Assembly: GCA_016235865.1 (NCBI GenBank)
Contig: JACRIK010000021.1
Span: 97,226 to 161,225, forward strand
Reading direction: 5' to 3'
DNA: 64,000 nucleotides
Source of the DNA: Planctomycetota bacterium
GTDB taxonomy: Bacteria; Planctomycetota; MHYJ01; JACQXL01
Position numbers and translations under genes: made by a program. This document shows positions 1 to 10,826 of this stretch, one piece after another; positions within the stretch are counted from its first letter, which is position 1, and the number at the start of each line of letters is the position of its first letter. The notes beneath the pieces are model-generated. The model made no database searches. It was not told the DNA's origin and saw only the letters and a list, made by a program, of their open reading frames with translations.

Positions 1-238
1 AAGAGGGATATGAGGGGATTGGAAACAATGGGGATGATAAAAAGCTTTTCTTTATTTGACTCCATCAGGCAGAAGTGGTATTGATTCATTATTAACCGGT
101 GGCGGACGATTGTCTTTGGCAAGGATGCCATTGACGGTGATTTCGTTAAACTTTAACCTGCATAGAGCTAAGAGCGTAGAGCGTATAGTAAATTCCTTAA
201 CATCTATGCTATAAGCCCTATGCTCTAAGCTGTAAATT

Positions 239-1783
239 ATGGAAGACAAATTGAAGTTATTGCGCCAGAAGAAGGCCGAGTCGCTCCTGGGCGGCGGTAA
301 GGACAAAATCGCCAAACAACACCAGCAGGGTAAACTCTCGGCCCGGGAACGGATTGACCTGTTGCTGGACAAGGATAGTTTCCAGGAACTGGACGCCTTT
401 GTGGTCCACCAGTGCGACCATTTCGGTATGGAGGATAAAAAGGTCTTGGGCGACGGCGTGGTCACCGGCTACGGCACGATTGACGGCCGGCTGGTCTATG
501 TCTTCAGCCAGGATTTCACGGTCTTCGGCGGCTCGCTGGGCGAGGCCTTTGCCAACAAGATTTGCAAGGTGATGGATTTGGCTATGAAGGTGGGCGCGCC
601 AATCATCGGCATCAACGATTCCGGCGGCGCCAGAATCCAGGAAGGCGTGGTCTCGCTGGGCGGATATGCCGAGATTTTCTTCCGCAATACTTTGGCCTCC
701 GGAGTCATACCACAGCTTTCCATTATTATGGGACCCTGCGCCGGCGGCGCGGTTTATTCGCCGGCACTGACCGATTTCATCGTCATGGTCAAGAACACCA
801 GCCATATGTTTATCACCGGGCCTGAGGTCATCAAGTCCGTGACGGCCGAGGAAATCACCTTTGAGCAATTAGGCGGGGCGATGACCCACAACGCCAAGTC
901 CGGCGTGGCCCATTTTGCGGCTGATGACGAGAAGGCCGGCATCAAACTGATTCGGGAGTTGATGGGATTTATCCCGGCCAATAATATGGAAGAGCCGCCG
1001 TATGCCAAGCCCAAGGACAAGCCCAACCGGATGGCCAAGGAATTGCTCAAGGTCATACCGGATGATTCTAACAAGCCCTATAATATCATTGATGTCATTA
1101 AGCACGTGGTTGACGACGCGGAGTTCCTGGAGATACACAGCGAGTGGGCTAAGAATATGGTCATTGGCTTTGCCCGGCTGAACGGGCACAGTATCGGAAT
1201 AGTGGGTAATCAACCGGCTCATCTGGCCGGATGCCTGGATATCAATGCATCGGTCAAGGCCGGACGCTTTGTCCGGTTCTGCGACGCCTTTAATATTCCG
1301 CTGGTGACCTTTGTGGATGTGCCGGGATTCCTGCCGGGCAGCGCACAGGAATACGGCGGCATTATCCGGCACGGCGCTAAACTACTTTACGCTTATTGCG
1401 AGGCGACGGTGCCGAAGCTGACTGTGATTACCCGCAAGGCCTACGGCGGGGCATACGACGTGATGTGCAGTAAGCATGTCCGGGCGGATATGAATTTCGC
1501 CTGGCCGACGGCTGAGATTGCCGTGATGGGTCCGGATGGCGCGGTGAATATTATTTTCCGTAAGGAGATTATCGAGAGCAAGGACGCCAAGAAGACCAAG
1601 GATAAGCTGGTGTCCGAATACCAGGAAAAGTTTGAGAATCCCTATATCGCGGCCGAGCGCGGGTATATTGACGAGGTGATTGAGCCGCAGGAGACCCGGC
1701 CGAAACTGATTACGGCCCTGGAGAGTTTGTTGAATAAGCGGGAGTCCCGGCCGCCTAAGAAACACGGGAATATACCGCTCTAA
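239..1783 (+). CDS. pccB: Acyl-CoA carboxylase/decarboxylase carboxyltransferase subunit (PccB/MmdA/transcarboxylase 12S type)
   Basis: 514 aa ORF; motifs [56 protein letters not shown] and C-terminal KKHGNIPL. Confidence 0.95.
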   Translation: MEDKLKLLRQKKAESLLGGGKDKIAKQHQQGKLSARERIDLLLDKDSFQELDAFVVHQCDHFGMEDKKVLGDGVVTGYGTIDGRLVYVFSQDFTVFGGSLGEAFANKICKVMDLAMKVGAPIIGINDSGGARIQEGVVSLGGYAEIFFRNTLASGVIPQLSIIMGPCAGGAVYSPALTDFIVMVKNTSHMFITGPEVIKSVTAEEITFEQLGGAMTHNAKSGVAHFAADDEKAGIKLIRELMGFIPANNMEEPPYAKPKDKPNRMAKELLKVIPDDSNKPYNIIDVIKHVVDDAEFLEIHSEWAKNMVIGFARLNGHSIGIVGNQPAHLAGCLDINASVKAGRFVRFCDAFNIPLVTFVDVPGFLPGSAQEYGGIIRHGAKLLYAYCEATVPKLTVITRKAYGGAYDVMCSKHVRADMNFAWPTAEIAVMGPDGAVNIIFRKEIIESKDAKKTKDKLVSEYQEKFENPYIAAERGYIDEVIEPQETRPKLITALESLLNKRESRPPKKHGNIPL

Positions 1784-1810
1784 GAAGAGATGAGAGATGA
1801 GAGTGGAGAG

Positions 1811-2020
1811 ATGAGAGAGAATGACCTGGCGCTTATCAGCGCGGCGGTTTATGCGTATCTGTCGGATGGTCAGCCAGTCCTTCAGTCGGCCAGTCAACCG
1901 GCAGACAGGCAGACCGGCAGACCTTTTATCAGGCAAACCGGTAGACGTAACCGCTGGAAGCAGGCGTTTTTCCCTCAGGTAAATGAAAAAGGGATGAGGT
2001 GTAACCAATGGTCAAGATAA
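1811..2020 (+). CDS. Small accessory subunit of acyl-CoA carboxylase/decarboxylase (epsilon/MmdD-C-terminal-like)
   Basis: LALISAAVYAYL...RWKQ pattern typical of small carboxylase accessory subunits; lies between the two carboxyltransferase genes. The ORF track starts at 1790, but that extension is GAGATGA repeat sequence. Confidence 0.6.
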   Translation: MRENDLALISAAVYAYLSDGQPVLQSASQPADRQTGRPFIRQTGRRNRWKQAFFPQVNEKGMRCNQWSR

Positions 2021-3864
2021 CCGAAACTGTTTTGCGTGACGGGCACCAGTCATTGATTGCCACCCGGATGGCAACTGAGGATATGCTGCCGATTCTGGAA
2101 AAGATGGACCGGGTCGGATTCTTTTCCCTGGAGATGTGGGGCGGGGCGACCTTTGACGTCTGCCTGCGTTATCTCAAGGAGGATCCCTGGCAACGGCTGA
2201 GGCAAATCCGGGAGCGGGTTAAGTCCACCAAGCTTCAGATGCTCCTGCGCGGCCAGAATCTGGTCGGCTACCGCCATTATCCGGATGATATCGTGGTCAA
2301 GTTTATCCAAAAGTCGCGAGACAATGGCATCGATGTGTTCCGTATCTTTGACGCCCTGAATGATATCCGGAATCTGGAACTGTCCATCAAGACGGCCAAG
2401 AAGACCGGGGCCATGGTGGAAGGCACCATATCATACACGGTCAGTCCGATTCATACCATTGCGAAATTCATCAGTTTCGCCAGCGAGCTCAAGGATGCCG
2501 GGTCTGATATTATCTGCATCAAGGATATGAGCGGGATTATCACGCCGACCGCGGCTTACGACCTGATTAATGCTTTGAAGAAAGAGATTAAACTGCCGGT
2601 GCATCTGCATACCCATTGCACCAGCGGCATGGCGCCGATGGTATATCTGCTGGCTTGTGAGGCCGGGGTTGATTACCTGGACACAGCCATTTCGCCGTTC
2701 GGCTGGGGCACCTCACAGCCGCCGACCGAGAGCATTGTCGGCGCGCTCAAAGGCACGCCGTTTGATACCGGACTTAATTTAGACATTATTGTTGAGATTT
2801 CAGAACATTTCCAGAAGGTGCGCGAGAAATATAAGAGCATTTTAGACCCGATTTCAGAACGGGTGGACCCGAAGATATTAGTGCATCAGACCCCGGGCGG
2901 GATGATTTCCAATCTGATATCGCAGCTCAAGGAGCAGAATGCGCTGGATAAATACGATGAGGCGCTCAAGGAAACCGCGTTGGTGCGCAAGGATTTGGGC
3001 TATCCGCCGCTGGTCACGCCGACCAGCCAGATCGTCGGTACCCAGGCGGTCTTTAATGTCATTCTGGGCGAGCGCTATAAGATGATTTCCAATGAGGTCA
3101 AGGATTACATCAAGGGATTATACGGCCGCTCGCCCGGGCTGATTGACGAGGAGCTGCAGAAGAAGGCTATCGGGAATGAAACTCCGATTACCACCCGGCC
3201 GGCCGAGTCCATTGCGCCGGAATGGGACAAATCGCTTGAGACAGTCAAGGCCTTAAAGCAGACCGACCAGCCGTCAGATGAGGATGTGCTGGCCTATGCG
3301 CTTTTCCCGTTGGTGGCCAAGGAATTCTGGGCTAACCCGGCAGTGGTTGCAGCGCCGGCGCCAGCAGTAAGCCCTGTAGAGGCGAAACAACCCAAGGAGG
3401 AGGTAGATTCATATTCTTCTAAGGCTACATTGGTACTGGAGTTGAACAACAAGAAATATTCGGTCAAGGTTACGCCGGCTTCATCCGGCAGTTTAAAGGT
3501 GGATGTAGAGGGCCGGCCTTATGATGTCAAGGTTTCTTATTCGGGAAAATCCGGATTAAAGAAGCCGGCAGCAGAAATTAAGCCCGAGCCGGCCGCGGTA
3601 AAATCCGCCCAGCCAATAGCGCCGGTTCAGGCTGCGACTGAGGGCGGTATGACCAATGTCACGGTGCCGATGCCCGGCAAGGTGGTAAATATCAAGGTGA
3701 AAATATCAGATAAGGTCAAGAAAGGGGAAGTGCTTTTTATACTTGAGGCGATGAAGATGCAGAATGAAATCTGCGCGCCCGGCGACGGTATTATCAGCGA
3801 GATTTCAATAAAGGTGGGCGATACAGTTGATAACCAAACAATACTGATGAAGATAAAGGGGTAA
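2008..3864 (+). CDS. oadA: Pyruvate/oxaloacetate carboxyltransferase with C-terminal biotin carrier domain (OadA/PycB/5S-1.3S type)
   Basis: LRDGHQSL, WGGATFDV, MLLRGQN, IKDMSG, HLHTH, PLVTPTSQIVG; biotinylation motif EAMKM near the C-terminus after an Ala/Pro linker. Confidence 0.92.
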   Translation: MVKITETVLRDGHQSLIATRMATEDMLPILEKMDRVGFFSLEMWGGATFDVCLRYLKEDPWQRLRQIRERVKSTKLQMLLRGQNLVGYRHYPDDIVVKFIQKSRDNGIDVFRIFDALNDIRNLELSIKTAKKTGAMVEGTISYTVSPIHTIAKFISFASELKDAGSDIICIKDMSGIITPTAAYDLINALKKEIKLPVHLHTHCTSGMAPMVYLLACEAGVDYLDTAISPFGWGTSQPPTESIVGALKGTPFDTGLNLDIIVEISEHFQKVREKYKSILDPISERVDPKILVHQTPGGMISNLISQLKEQNALDKYDEALKETALVRKDLGYPPLVTPTSQIVGTQAVFNVILGERYKMISNEVKDYIKGLYGRSPGLIDEELQKKAIGNETPITTRPAESIAPEWDKSLETVKALKQTDQPSDEDVLAYALFPLVAKEFWANPAVVAAPAPAVSPVEAKQPKEEVDSYSSKATLVLELNNKKYSVKVTPASSGSLKVDVEGRPYDVKVSYSGKSGLKKPAAEIKPEPAAVKSAQPIAPVQAATEGGMTNVTVPMPGKVVNIKVKISDKVKKGEVLFILEAMKMQNEICAPGDGIISEISIKVGDTVDNQTILMKIKG

Positions 3865-3869
3865 AGATT

Positions 3870-4472
3870 ATGTACAGCAAGATTAGTTTGGAAAAATATC
3901 TGGAGATGATAGCGGCGCCGACGGCCACGCCGGGCGGCGGGAGCGTTTCGGCATACGCCGGAGCCCTGGGCGCATCGCTGGGCAGTATGGCCAGCGGTAT
4001 CGCGCTCAAGAAGGTGCTGGCCCATTCGCATGATTTTGAGACGCTCAAGGAAGCGCAGAAGATATTCCGCCGGAATTATTACGCGCTTTTGAAACTGGCC
4101 GAGGCGGATAGCGCGGCATACGATAAGGTTAGTCAGGCATATAAACTCCCGCATCACGTCCTTAAGCGCCGGGGCGAGATTAACAAGGCCCTTAAAGCCG
4201 CCACAGAAGTGCCGTATAGGACAATGCTCCTGTCGCTGGAAAACCTCAACGAGATAAGCAAGGTCCGGAAACTTCTGCCGGTCCAGATATTGAGCGACAT
4301 CAACGTGGCGGCCCTGCTCAGCAAAGCGGCTTATAACGGGGCCCGGCTGAACGTTATTGTCAACGTCGAATCGCTCACTGACAAGAAGGTCTCGCGCAAG
4401 ATAGAAAAAGATATAGAGAAGGTGGAGCAGGCATTTGCCGAGACCATTCTCTGGCTTGATGATTGGATGTAG
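3870..4472 (+). CDS. Cyclodeaminase/cyclohydrolase family protein (FTCD_C)
   Basis: ATPGGGSVSAYAGALGASLGSM, DSAAYD, ATEVP, SDINVAA...GARLNVIVN. Confidence 0.85.
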   Translation: MYSKISLEKYLEMIAAPTATPGGGSVSAYAGALGASLGSMASGIALKKVLAHSHDFETLKEAQKIFRRNYYALLKLAEADSAAYDKVSQAYKLPHHVLKRRGEINKALKAATEVPYRTMLLSLENLNEISKVRKLLPVQILSDINVAALLSKAAYNGARLNVIVNVESLTDKKVSRKIEKDIEKVEQAFAETILWLDDWM

Positions 4473-4537
4473 GAGCAAAGAGCGTAGGGCGTATAGCGTA
4501 GAAACTATAAGCTCTATGCTATAAGCTCTATGCTATT

Positions 4538-5125
4538 ATGTGGCAGATAGAAAAAACCACCAAACGCTGTCAGGAATGTAACTCAACTATAGAGGTCAGC
4601 CAGCATTATTTTTCGGCGCTGTTCCCTAATCCAACGGATAAAACAGGGGAGCCGCGCCTATTGCGCCGGGATTTTTGCGCTAATTGTTGGGAGCGGCGGA
4701 CCGCGGCCGGTGAAGAGCCACCCTTTTCCTTCTGGCAGACTGTCATAGAACCACCGGCTGAGCCGCCCAAGACCCCGCGCGAGGTTCTGCTTAATTTCTT
4801 TGATAACCTATTTAAGGAAGCAACTGAAGTGCCCGCGGCAGAGAATACGTCTGTGCCGGTGGTTCAGGACACCAGATTAAAATCCCAGGTAAAATACCTC
4901 TTTGCTTTGATTATGATGCGCAAGAAATTATTGCGGCTGAAGAGCCCGCTGACCCGGGACAATACCCGGTATCTGGTCCTGGAGCGGTTTGCGAAGCCGC
5001 AGCGGAGTCCCGATAACTTCGGGGGTGATGCTAAGGTTTATGAGGTGGCCGAAGTAAACATTTCGGATGAGGAGTTAGATTCCCTAAGGCAGGAATTTTC
5101 ACAACTCTTTGAATTCAGGATATAA
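4538..5125 (+). CDS. Conserved hypothetical protein with CxxC...CxxCW (putative Zn-binding; Planctomycete-type)
   Basis: 195 aa ORF in operon context; CQEC, RRDFCANCW, YLFALIMMRKK. Confidence 0.75.
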   Translation: MWQIEKTTKRCQECNSTIEVSQHYFSALFPNPTDKTGEPRLLRRDFCANCWERRTAAGEEPPFSFWQTVIEPPAEPPKTPREVLLNFFDNLFKEATEVPAAENTSVPVVQDTRLKSQVKYLFALIMMRKKLLRLKSPLTRDNTRYLVLERFAKPQRSPDNFGGDAKVYEVAEVNISDEELDSLRQEFSQLFEFRI

Positions 5126-5141
5126 TCCGGTCTACTCCAGC

Positions 5142-6269
5142 TTATTTAACCTTGAAATCAAAGTCAGAGGCATCGCCTTTGGTAATCCCGCGCAGTTCCA
5201 GTTTCAGTTCATCAGGCCGGTCCGCAAAGGCCAGGGCATCTTCCACGCTGATGAAATTATTCTGGTAGAGGTACTTTAACGACTGGTTAAAGGTCTGGGT
5301 GCCGTAGTAGGTATTGCCTTCCTTGATGGCATCATATAATTCGCGGGTCTTGCCTTCATAAAGCATATCTTTGATAGTCGGCGTGGCCAGCAGTATTTCA
5401 GCGGCCGGAACCATTCCCTTGCCGTCGTGCCGGGCGATTAACCGCTGGGAAATCACGCCCTGCAGGAGCATCGACAACTGCTGGCGCAGAAGTGGATGCT
5501 GGTGGGGCGGAAAGAAATTGATAATCCGTTCCACGGTCTGGAATGAATTGATGCTGTGCAGGGTGCTGATGACCAGGTGACCGGTTTCGGCCGCACCGAT
5601 GGCCGCTTCCATCGTGTCTTTGTCGCGCATTTCGCCGATCATAATGATATCCGGGCTCTGGCGGACCGCATGTTTCAGCGCCGAGGTGAATGAAAACGTG
5701 TCAATTCCCAATTCTCTCTGGTCAATCAGTGATTTTTCGTCCATAAAGAGGTATTCTATCGGGTCTTCTATGGTGACCACGTGTTTGCGCCAGTTTTTAT
5801 TGATGTAATTTATCAGGGCGGCAATGGTGGTGGATTTTCCGCTGCCGGCGATGCCGGTGACAATGACCAGACCGCGGGTGGTGGTAGCTAATTTCTGCAA
5901 CGGTTTCATTGGTAGTCCCAGTTCTTCTATCGGCGGGATATTGGAGCGGATATAGCGCATGGCCATTCCGATAAAACCTTTTTGCCTGAAAATATTTACC
6001 CGAAACCGGCCCATGCCAAAGACCTCATAAGCAGTATCCACTTCACCCTGGTCCACGAATTTTTGCCTTAATTTTTCAGTGGTGATTTCCAGGAAGAGTT
6101 TTTCTACCATCTCCGGGGTGAGCGGGAAAGTCTGAGGGAGAACTTCCAATTTTCCGGTCAGTCGGATCATGGGTGGGGCGCCGACTTTGATGAACAAATC
6201 AGAGGCGTTCTTGGCCACCACGGCGGCAAATAATCCCTTGACGTCTAATTCCTTTTTAGTTTCAGACAT
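5142..6269 (-). CDS. pilT: PilT/PilU family type IV pilus retraction ATPase (PilU-like, no AIRNLIRE)
   Basis: ASDLFIKVG, RFRVNIF, Walker A GIAGSGKSTT, TIEDPIEY, RQSPDIIMIGEMRD, ETGHLVISTLH. Confidence 0.92.
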   Translation of the reverse strand: MSETKKELDVKGLFAAVVAKNASDLFIKVGAPPMIRLTGKLEVLPQTFPLTPEMVEKLFLEITTEKLRQKFVDQGEVDTAYEVFGMGRFRVNIFRQKGFIGMAMRYIRSNIPPIEELGLPMKPLQKLATTTRGLVIVTGIAGSGKSTTIAALINYINKNWRKHVVTIEDPIEYLFMDEKSLIDQRELGIDTFSFTSALKHAVRQSPDIIMIGEMRDKDTMEAAIGAAETGHLVISTLHSINSFQTVERIINFFPPHQHPLLRQQLSMLLQGVISQRLIARHDGKGMVPAAEILLATPTIKDMLYEGKTRELYDAIKEGNTYYGTQTFNQSLKYLYQNNFISVEDALAFADRPDELKLELRGITKGDASDFDFKVK

Positions 6270-6315
6270 ATTTGATTCCTTTCAGTTTGACTTCCCGTAC
6301 TCTTAATGTAACAAA

Positions 6316-9294
6316 TTATAGATATTTCTTCAATATTTTTCCAGTATAAGAGCGTTCTTGCCTGGCAATCTCTTCAGGGGTGCCGGAAGCGACTACTCGG
6401 CCGCCTTCATCACCGCCTTCGGGTCCCAGATCAATGATATAGTCAGCCATTTTGATGACGTGCATATTATGTTCGATGACCACAACGCTGTTACCGCGGT
6501 CCACCAGTCGATTGAGGACATTGAGCAGTTTATTGATATCGGAGAAATGCAGGCCGGTAGTCGGCTCGTCAAGTATGTAAAGGGTTTTATTGGTGGCGGT
6601 CTTGCCTAATTCAGCTGATAGCTTGACCCGCTGGGCTTCGCCGCCTGAGAGCGTGATGCTGGATTGGCCCAGGGCGATATAGCCCAGTCCGACGTTATCG
6701 AGTGTCTTGAGGATGCGCACGATATGCGGGAAGTTCTGGAAGAATTCCACGGCGGCTGAGACCTCCATTTCCAGGACATCGGCGATATTCTTACCCCGGT
6801 AGGTGATGTCCAGGGTCTCGCGGTTATATCTTTTGCCTTTGCACTGTTCACAGGTGATGTAGACATCAGGCAGGAAGTGCATCTCGATTAGTTTAGTGCC
6901 TTGGCCCTGGCAGTCGGCGCATCGGCCGGCCTTGAGATTAAAACTAAATCGGCCGGACTGGTAACCCCGTAATCGGGCTTCCTTAGTCATGGTAAAGACC
7001 TTGCGTATCTCGTCAAAGACGCCGGTATAAGTGGCCGGATTTGAACGAGGCGTCCGGCCAATCGGCGACTGGTCAATGATAATTACTTTGTCAACATGTT
7101 CGGCACCGATAATGTCGTCGCATTCACCTGAACGAATCCGGCTCCGGTAAATTTTCTTCATCAGCCCTTTATAGAGGATTTCATTGACCAGCGTGCTTTT
7201 GCCTGAGCCGGATACGCCGGTTACACAGGTAAAGCAACCTAATGGGATGGGTACATTGATGTCTTTCAGGTTGAATTCCCGGGCCCTGATGATGTTTAGC
7301 CAGTTATGTTCGCTCGCGCGGTCTCTGCGGAGTTCGCTGGCGCGGTCACTGCGGCCTTCTGATTTGTCATTTTTTATTTTATTATTAGCAGTATTTGGCT
7401 GCGGGAATAGATTGCGGTCAAAACGCCTTTTCTTTGGCACTTCTATTCTTAATTTATTGGTCAGGTATTGCAGGGTCAGGGAATGGTTATTATTATTTTC
7501 TCCTGAAGTTCCGTTAGGCGGTTTTACAGTATTATTATTGTTTGTCATTTTACCGTTTAGGACATCCTTACTCGGAGCCGAGATGATTACCTGTCCACCC
7601 CGGGTGCCGGCGCCCGGACCGACATCAATCAGATAATCCGATGCCCTGATGGTGTCTTCGTCGTGCTCAACTACAATGACTGTATTGCCTAAGTTTCTTA
7701 ATTTTATCAGGGTATTGAGCAGGCGTTGGTTATCGCGTTGGTGCAGTCCGATGGTTGGTTCGTCAAGGACATAGCAGACCCCGACCAGACCTGAACCGAC
7801 CTGGGAAGCCAGCCGTATCCGTTGGGCCTCGCCGCCTGAAAGCGTCAAACTGCGCCGGTCTAATGTCAGGTAGGACAGTCCCACGTCTATCAGAAATGAA
7901 AGGCGGTTCTTGATTTCCTTTAACGCCATCTGTCCGATAAGCGTCTGTTCAGCGGTTAGGACGAGTTTATCAAAGAAGTGATAGGCGTCCTTAACCGCCA
8001 TCTGAATCACCTCGGAGATATTTTTTCCGCCGATGCGGACGGCCAGTGGCTCTGGTTTTAAGCGCGCGCCTTTGCAGGTTGGGCAGGGCAGTTCGCTCAT
8101 ATATGAGTGTATCCGGTGCTTGACTCCTTCGCTCTGGGTTTTGTAGAACCGGTTCTCCAAGTCCGGTATCACGCCGGTAAAACTGCGTTTATATTTGGCT
8201 TCATCTGGTTGATTGGTGCCGTACATCAGGATCCGTTTCTTATCTTCAGGCAGGTTGTAGAAAGGCGCATCCATAGCTATGTTGAAATCGCCGGCGAACT
8301 CCTTGATAACATACGAATAATAAATAGCCATCCGGTGTCCGGATTTACGCCAAGCCTCGATGGCTCCGTTAGCCAGCGAGAGCGACTTGTCAGGCACAAT
8401 CAGGTCCATATCCAGTTCCATCCGTGTGCCCAGGCCGTTGCAGCGTGGGCAGGCGCCATAAGGTGAATTAAACGAGAATATCCGCGGGCTTAATTCCGAT
8501 AAACTTATCTGGCATTCCGGACAGGCAAAATGCTCCGAGAATACCAGGTCGGAAAACCGTTTGCCCTGGGGCTGATGCGAGATGATGACCAATCCTTCGC
8601 CTAATCTCAATGCGGTTTCGACCGAATCAGCCAGCCGGCTCTTTTCTATGCCGGCAGGCTCAACGCTCAGTCTGTCGATGACTATCTCGATATTATGACG
8701 TTTGTATTTATCCAGTTTAGGGACGGATGAGCCGAGTTCTATAACCTTGTTGTCAACCCGGACTCGGACAAAGCCATTGCGCCGGATGCGTTCAAAGACA
8801 TCCCGATGTTCGCCTTTTTTGCCTCGGATAATCGGAGCCAGGACAATAATCCGGGAATAAGCCGGGAATGATTGGATATGCTGGATAATCTGCTGGGCGG
8901 ACTGTTTGACAATTGGTTTATTGCACTTGGGGCAGAAGGGTTGGCCCAACCGGGCGAAGATAACGCGCAGATAATCATATATCTCGGTAGTGGTAGCCAC
9001 GATCGAGCGAGGTGTGCCGGTTCCGCCCCGTTGTTCTATAGAAATCGTGGGAGGCAGGCCTTCGATAGATTCCACATCCGGTTTGGCAATTTGTTCCAGG
9101 AACTGCCGGGCGTAGGCCGAGAGCGATTCGATATAACGGCGTTGTCCCTCGGCGTAAATGGTATCAAAAGCCAGGGAGGTCTTGCCTGAGCCGGAGACAC
9201 CGGTTACCACAATTAGTTTATCACGCGGGATATCAATGTTGATATTCCTGAGATTATGCTCCTTGGCTCCGCGTATGGATATATGATTGGTCAT
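6316..9294 (-). CDS. uvrA: Excinuclease ABC subunit A
   Basis: Two ABC cassettes ([22 protein letters not shown]), Zn fingers, [11 protein letters not shown]. Confidence 0.97.
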   Translation of the reverse strand: MTNHISIRGAKEHNLRNINIDIPRDKLIVVTGVSGSGKTSLAFDTIYAEGQRRYIESLSAYARQFLEQIAKPDVESIEGLPPTISIEQRGGTGTPRSIVATTTEIYDYLRVIFARLGQPFCPKCNKPIVKQSAQQIIQHIQSFPAYSRIIVLAPIIRGKKGEHRDVFERIRRNGFVRVRVDNKVIELGSSVPKLDKYKRHNIEIVIDRLSVEPAGIEKSRLADSVETALRLGEGLVIISHQPQGKRFSDLVFSEHFACPECQISLSELSPRIFSFNSPYGACPRCNGLGTRMELDMDLIVPDKSLSLANGAIEAWRKSGHRMAIYYSYVIKEFAGDFNIAMDAPFYNLPEDKKRILMYGTNQPDEAKYKRSFTGVIPDLENRFYKTQSEGVKHRIHSYMSELPCPTCKGARLKPEPLAVRIGGKNISEVIQMAVKDAYHFFDKLVLTAEQTLIGQMALKEIKNRLSFLIDVGLSYLTLDRRSLTLSGGEAQRIRLASQVGSGLVGVCYVLDEPTIGLHQRDNQRLLNTLIKLRNLGNTVIVVEHDEDTIRASDYLIDVGPGAGTRGGQVIISAPSKDVLNGKMTNNNNTVKPPNGTSGENNNNHSLTLQYLTNKLRIEVPKKRRFDRNLFPQPNTANNKIKNDKSEGRSDRASELRRDRASEHNWLNIIRAREFNLKDINVPIPLGCFTCVTGVSGSGKSTLVNEILYKGLMKKIYRSRIRSGECDDIIGAEHVDKVIIIDQSPIGRTPRSNPATYTGVFDEIRKVFTMTKEARLRGYQSGRFSFNLKAGRCADCQGQGTKLIEMHFLPDVYITCEQCKGKRYNRETLDITYRGKNIADVLEMEVSAAVEFFQNFPHIVRILKTLDNVGLGYIALGQSSITLSGGEAQRVKLSAELGKTATNKTLYILDEPTTGLHFSDINKLLNVLNRLVDRGNSVVVIEHNMHVIKMADYIIDLGPEGGDEGGRVVASGTPEEIARQERSYTGKILKKYL

Positions 9295-9458
9295 AGGGGT
9301 AATTAATCCTGCAGTATATATTATTTTGTAAACTGTGTCTACGTTTTGGGATTTATTCTTTGACGATGGCTAGTGGTTTTTGGTATAGAATAAAGGTAAT
9401 GAACTAAGCGAAGCGTGAACTCGAAGAGGCCGCGAAGCGTGACCCTGAGCGAAGCGAA

Positions 9459-10304
9459 ATGAAAACCTTAATGCAATGTACTATTAAAAAGCCTGTTTTC
9501 TGTGAAGGCATCGGACTTTTTACCGGGCAGAAAGTGAAATTGTGTTTCCAGCCCGCTAAAGTTAATGATGGCATAACATTCATTGCCAATGGCGCCAGAA
9601 TTTCTGCTTCTATCAGTAACGTGCTGACCCAATACCGCCGCAATGCCATCGGGAAAGACGGCATCATTATCGAGACTATAGAACACCTAATGGCAGCTTT
9701 GAACGGATTAGGTATTACCAATATTGATATCGAGATTTATTCTGATAGTCAATCTGCAACCTATGAGATACCGAATACGGACGGCAGCGCTAAGTTATTT
9801 GTGGATTTATTATTAAAAGCCGGTATTGAGGAACAGCGCGCACCCAGGAGAGTCCTGCGAATAAATGCGCCGGTTAATTACAGGGATGGCGAGTGCTCTA
9901 TTATTGCCTTGCCAGCCGCTGACGATTCATTAACTGTTGACTATACCTTTTCGCATAGCGCCGTGATTATCGGCAATCAGCATTTATCAGTGGAACTGGT
10001 ACAGGATAACTTTATTTCGGAGATAGCCCCGGCCCGAACGTTTTGTATGGCCGACGAAGTGGCGTCTCTTCAGGCACAGGGAATAGGTAAGTCAGCCAAT
10101 TATCAGAATGTTCTGGTGGTGGATAATGACAAAATCGTCCAGAACACCTTGCGCTTTAAAGACGAATTCGTGCGCCATAAAATACTTGATTTAATCGGCG
10201 ATTTATACTTGTTAAATGCCTCGTTATTTGCTAAAATAGCAGCGGTTAAGACCGGCCATAGACAAAATGTAGAATTTGTCAGGAAATTGGTTGGATTACT
10301 CTAA
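9459..10304 (+). CDS. lpxC: UDP-3-O-acyl-N-acetylglucosamine deacetylase
   Basis: GIGLFTG, TIEHLMAAL, DGSA, IAPARTF, EFVRHKILDLIGDL, GH. Confidence 0.95.
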   Translation: MKTLMQCTIKKPVFCEGIGLFTGQKVKLCFQPAKVNDGITFIANGARISASISNVLTQYRRNAIGKDGIIIETIEHLMAALNGLGITNIDIEIYSDSQSATYEIPNTDGSAKLFVDLLLKAGIEEQRAPRRVLRINAPVNYRDGECSIIALPAADDSLTVDYTFSHSAVIIGNQHLSVELVQDNFISEIAPARTFCMADEVASLQAQGIGKSANYQNVLVVDNDKIVQNTLRFKDEFVRHKILDLIGDLYLLNASLFAKIAAVKTGHRQNVEFVRKLVGLL

Positions 10305-10326
10305 GGCAGCTGAATTAATCAGATAA

Positions 10327-10824
10327 ATGGAGGATAATGTTATGAATCCAGAAAATAGCGAAATTAAATCTTCCGATGGGAATAAAGGCGTGAGGCTTGA
10401 CATCAGGGAAATCCATAATATCCTACCGCATCGGTATCCTTTTCTCCTGGTGGATCGGGTTATAGAAATGGAAGGATACCAGCGTGCGGTCGGGATAAAG
10501 AACGTCACGATGAATGAACCGTATTTCCAGGGGCATTTTCCGGGTATGCCAATTATGCCCGGCGTTCTGCAGATTGAGGCGATGGCGCAGTTGACTGGTA
10601 TTATGCTTCTTTCCCGGGCCGGTAACGAAAAGAAAATAGCCATGTTTTTGTCGATTGACGAGGCTAAGTTCCGGCGATCGGTCATTCCGGGAGACCAGTT
10701 GCGCATAGAAGTCAATACCACCAAGGTCAAGTCCAGAATTGTTGAAGCCGAAGCCAAGATTACCGTGGAAGGAGAGGTGGCTTCAGAATCAAAGTTCAAG
10801 TTTATGCTGGTAGATAAGGAATAA
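10327..10824 (+). CDS. fabZ: 3-hydroxyacyl-ACP dehydratase
   Basis: LPHRYPFLLVDRV, KNVTMNEPYFQGHFP, MPGVLQIEAMAQ. Confidence 0.96.
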   Translation: MEDNVMNPENSEIKSSDGNKGVRLDIREIHNILPHRYPFLLVDRVIEMEGYQRAVGIKNVTMNEPYFQGHFPGMPIMPGVLQIEAMAQLTGIMLLSRAGNEKKIAMFLSIDEAKFRRSVIPGDQLRIEVNTTKVKSRIVEAEAKITVEGEVASESKFKFMLVDKE

Positions 10825-10826
10825 TT

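Noticed and set aside
1-160. Gene fragment at the window start
   Set aside because: No frame gives a recognisable protein end, so it cannot be supported from this window
9459-10824. Frameshifted LpxC-FabZ fusion pseudogene
   Set aside because: Both domains are complete, with their own stop and start; separate genes are the common arrangement
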